A DNA stretch of 64,000 nt from Octopus sinensis (taxonomy: Eukaryota). A program made the translations under genes and the position numbers. The number at the start of each line of letters is the position of its first letter. The first letter of the stretch is position 1. The notes beneath the pieces are model-generated. The model ran no database searches and had not been told where the DNA came from. It was given only the letters and a program-made list of their open reading frames with translations. Positions 63,091 through 64,000 of this stretch are shown here, piece after piece. The stretch spans positions 95,356,001 to 95,420,000 of the forward strand of contig NC_043002.1 of assembly GCF_006345805.1 (NCBI RefSeq), read 5' to 3'.

Positions 63091-64000
63091 AATTCTTAAC
63101 CAAAAACATATGTGTGCAGACCCATACACACACAAACACACATACTCTTATATATATATATATATGTCATGTGTCATATATTCTTCCGTATCTCTACTAC
63201 TAATTACAACAATACTGTCGAACAGTTTATAAAATATATATGCAACTAACTAAACAAAAGCTATCGTTAATAATTATACAATGAAAATGGTGCAAGCGTC
63301 ACAAAAAACTGTTTTTTCTATAACATTCTGATTAGCCAAAGGCAAATACATTAACAGTTCAGAATATGTCTTTAGGGTTTCACAATATGAACTTGTATGC
63401 ATGCTCAAAAAGCTAATGCTACTTTTATTTGTTTTCAGAAGCCGTACATAAACAGATATTGCCAAAGAAAACAATGTTTTTGAGGTATATAACAATCAAA
63501 AATAGTTTAAAGCAAATTCATTTAAGAAAAATAATGTAACTAATAAGGAAAATAAAGAAAATAAATGGAACATTTCTGAATTGTAAGCGAATCAGTCAAG
63601 AAATAATCAAATGAGAAAAATATTGCCTCTGGTGAACACAGAGACAGCCTGGCACCTGGTGTAAGGTCTACATACAACTTTCAAACATGAAGTGTTATTT
63701 ACATTACATTCTTATTGAACAATGTTAAAAATCAATTAGTTTGTGTTCATTTATTCAGAATAATAATAATAATGTTGTTGTTGATGCTGCTGTTATTATA
63801 ATATGGAGCTTAGTAAGAACCATAAAAAGAAAAAAAAAACAAGAATAACAGAGATAGGGACAATGGGAGGGAGATGACGAGTAGATTATCATAGCTTGAC
63901 ATCCTGTCAAAGGTACCTTTAATCTCACATTAAGCCAGACTGTCAAGCAGATGTTGATTTGATGAAGGATATGAAATACATATATTCAAAATATGACACA

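Overview
AT-rich eukaryotic (animal) genomic DNA dominated by repeats. The SINE, RTE, mariner and piggyBac families and the density of (TA)n/(TG)n/(ATT)n tracts suggest a coleoid cephalopod, probably Octopus (pattern recognition, not a search result). One protein-coding gene is well supported: a + strand protein-tyrosine sulfotransferase (TPST) with two coding exons, 11233-12095 and 14886-15240, joined by a phase-2 GT-AG intron (405 aa from the first ATG). The rest is mostly transposon debris, often nested: two abundant SINE families, RTE, R4/Dong-like, Tx1/L1-like and Penelope-like retroelements, mariner, maT, piggyBac and Helitron-like DNA elements, and MITEs. Nearly all ORFs in the supplied track are microsatellite or antisense artefacts. 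I found no CRISPR array, operon or clearly new multi-gene system. Best leads: an RTE LINE ending in three C2H2 fingers; RTE 3' UTR arrays of constant-stem/variable-loop hairpins; a templated insertion that creates a ~205-bp inverted repeat in the TPST intron; a 144-nt palindrome downstream of TPST; hammerhead-like relics; and a microinversion that removes a transposase catalytic Asp. All alignments were done by eye, so repeat boundaries are approximate unless TSDs are quoted.
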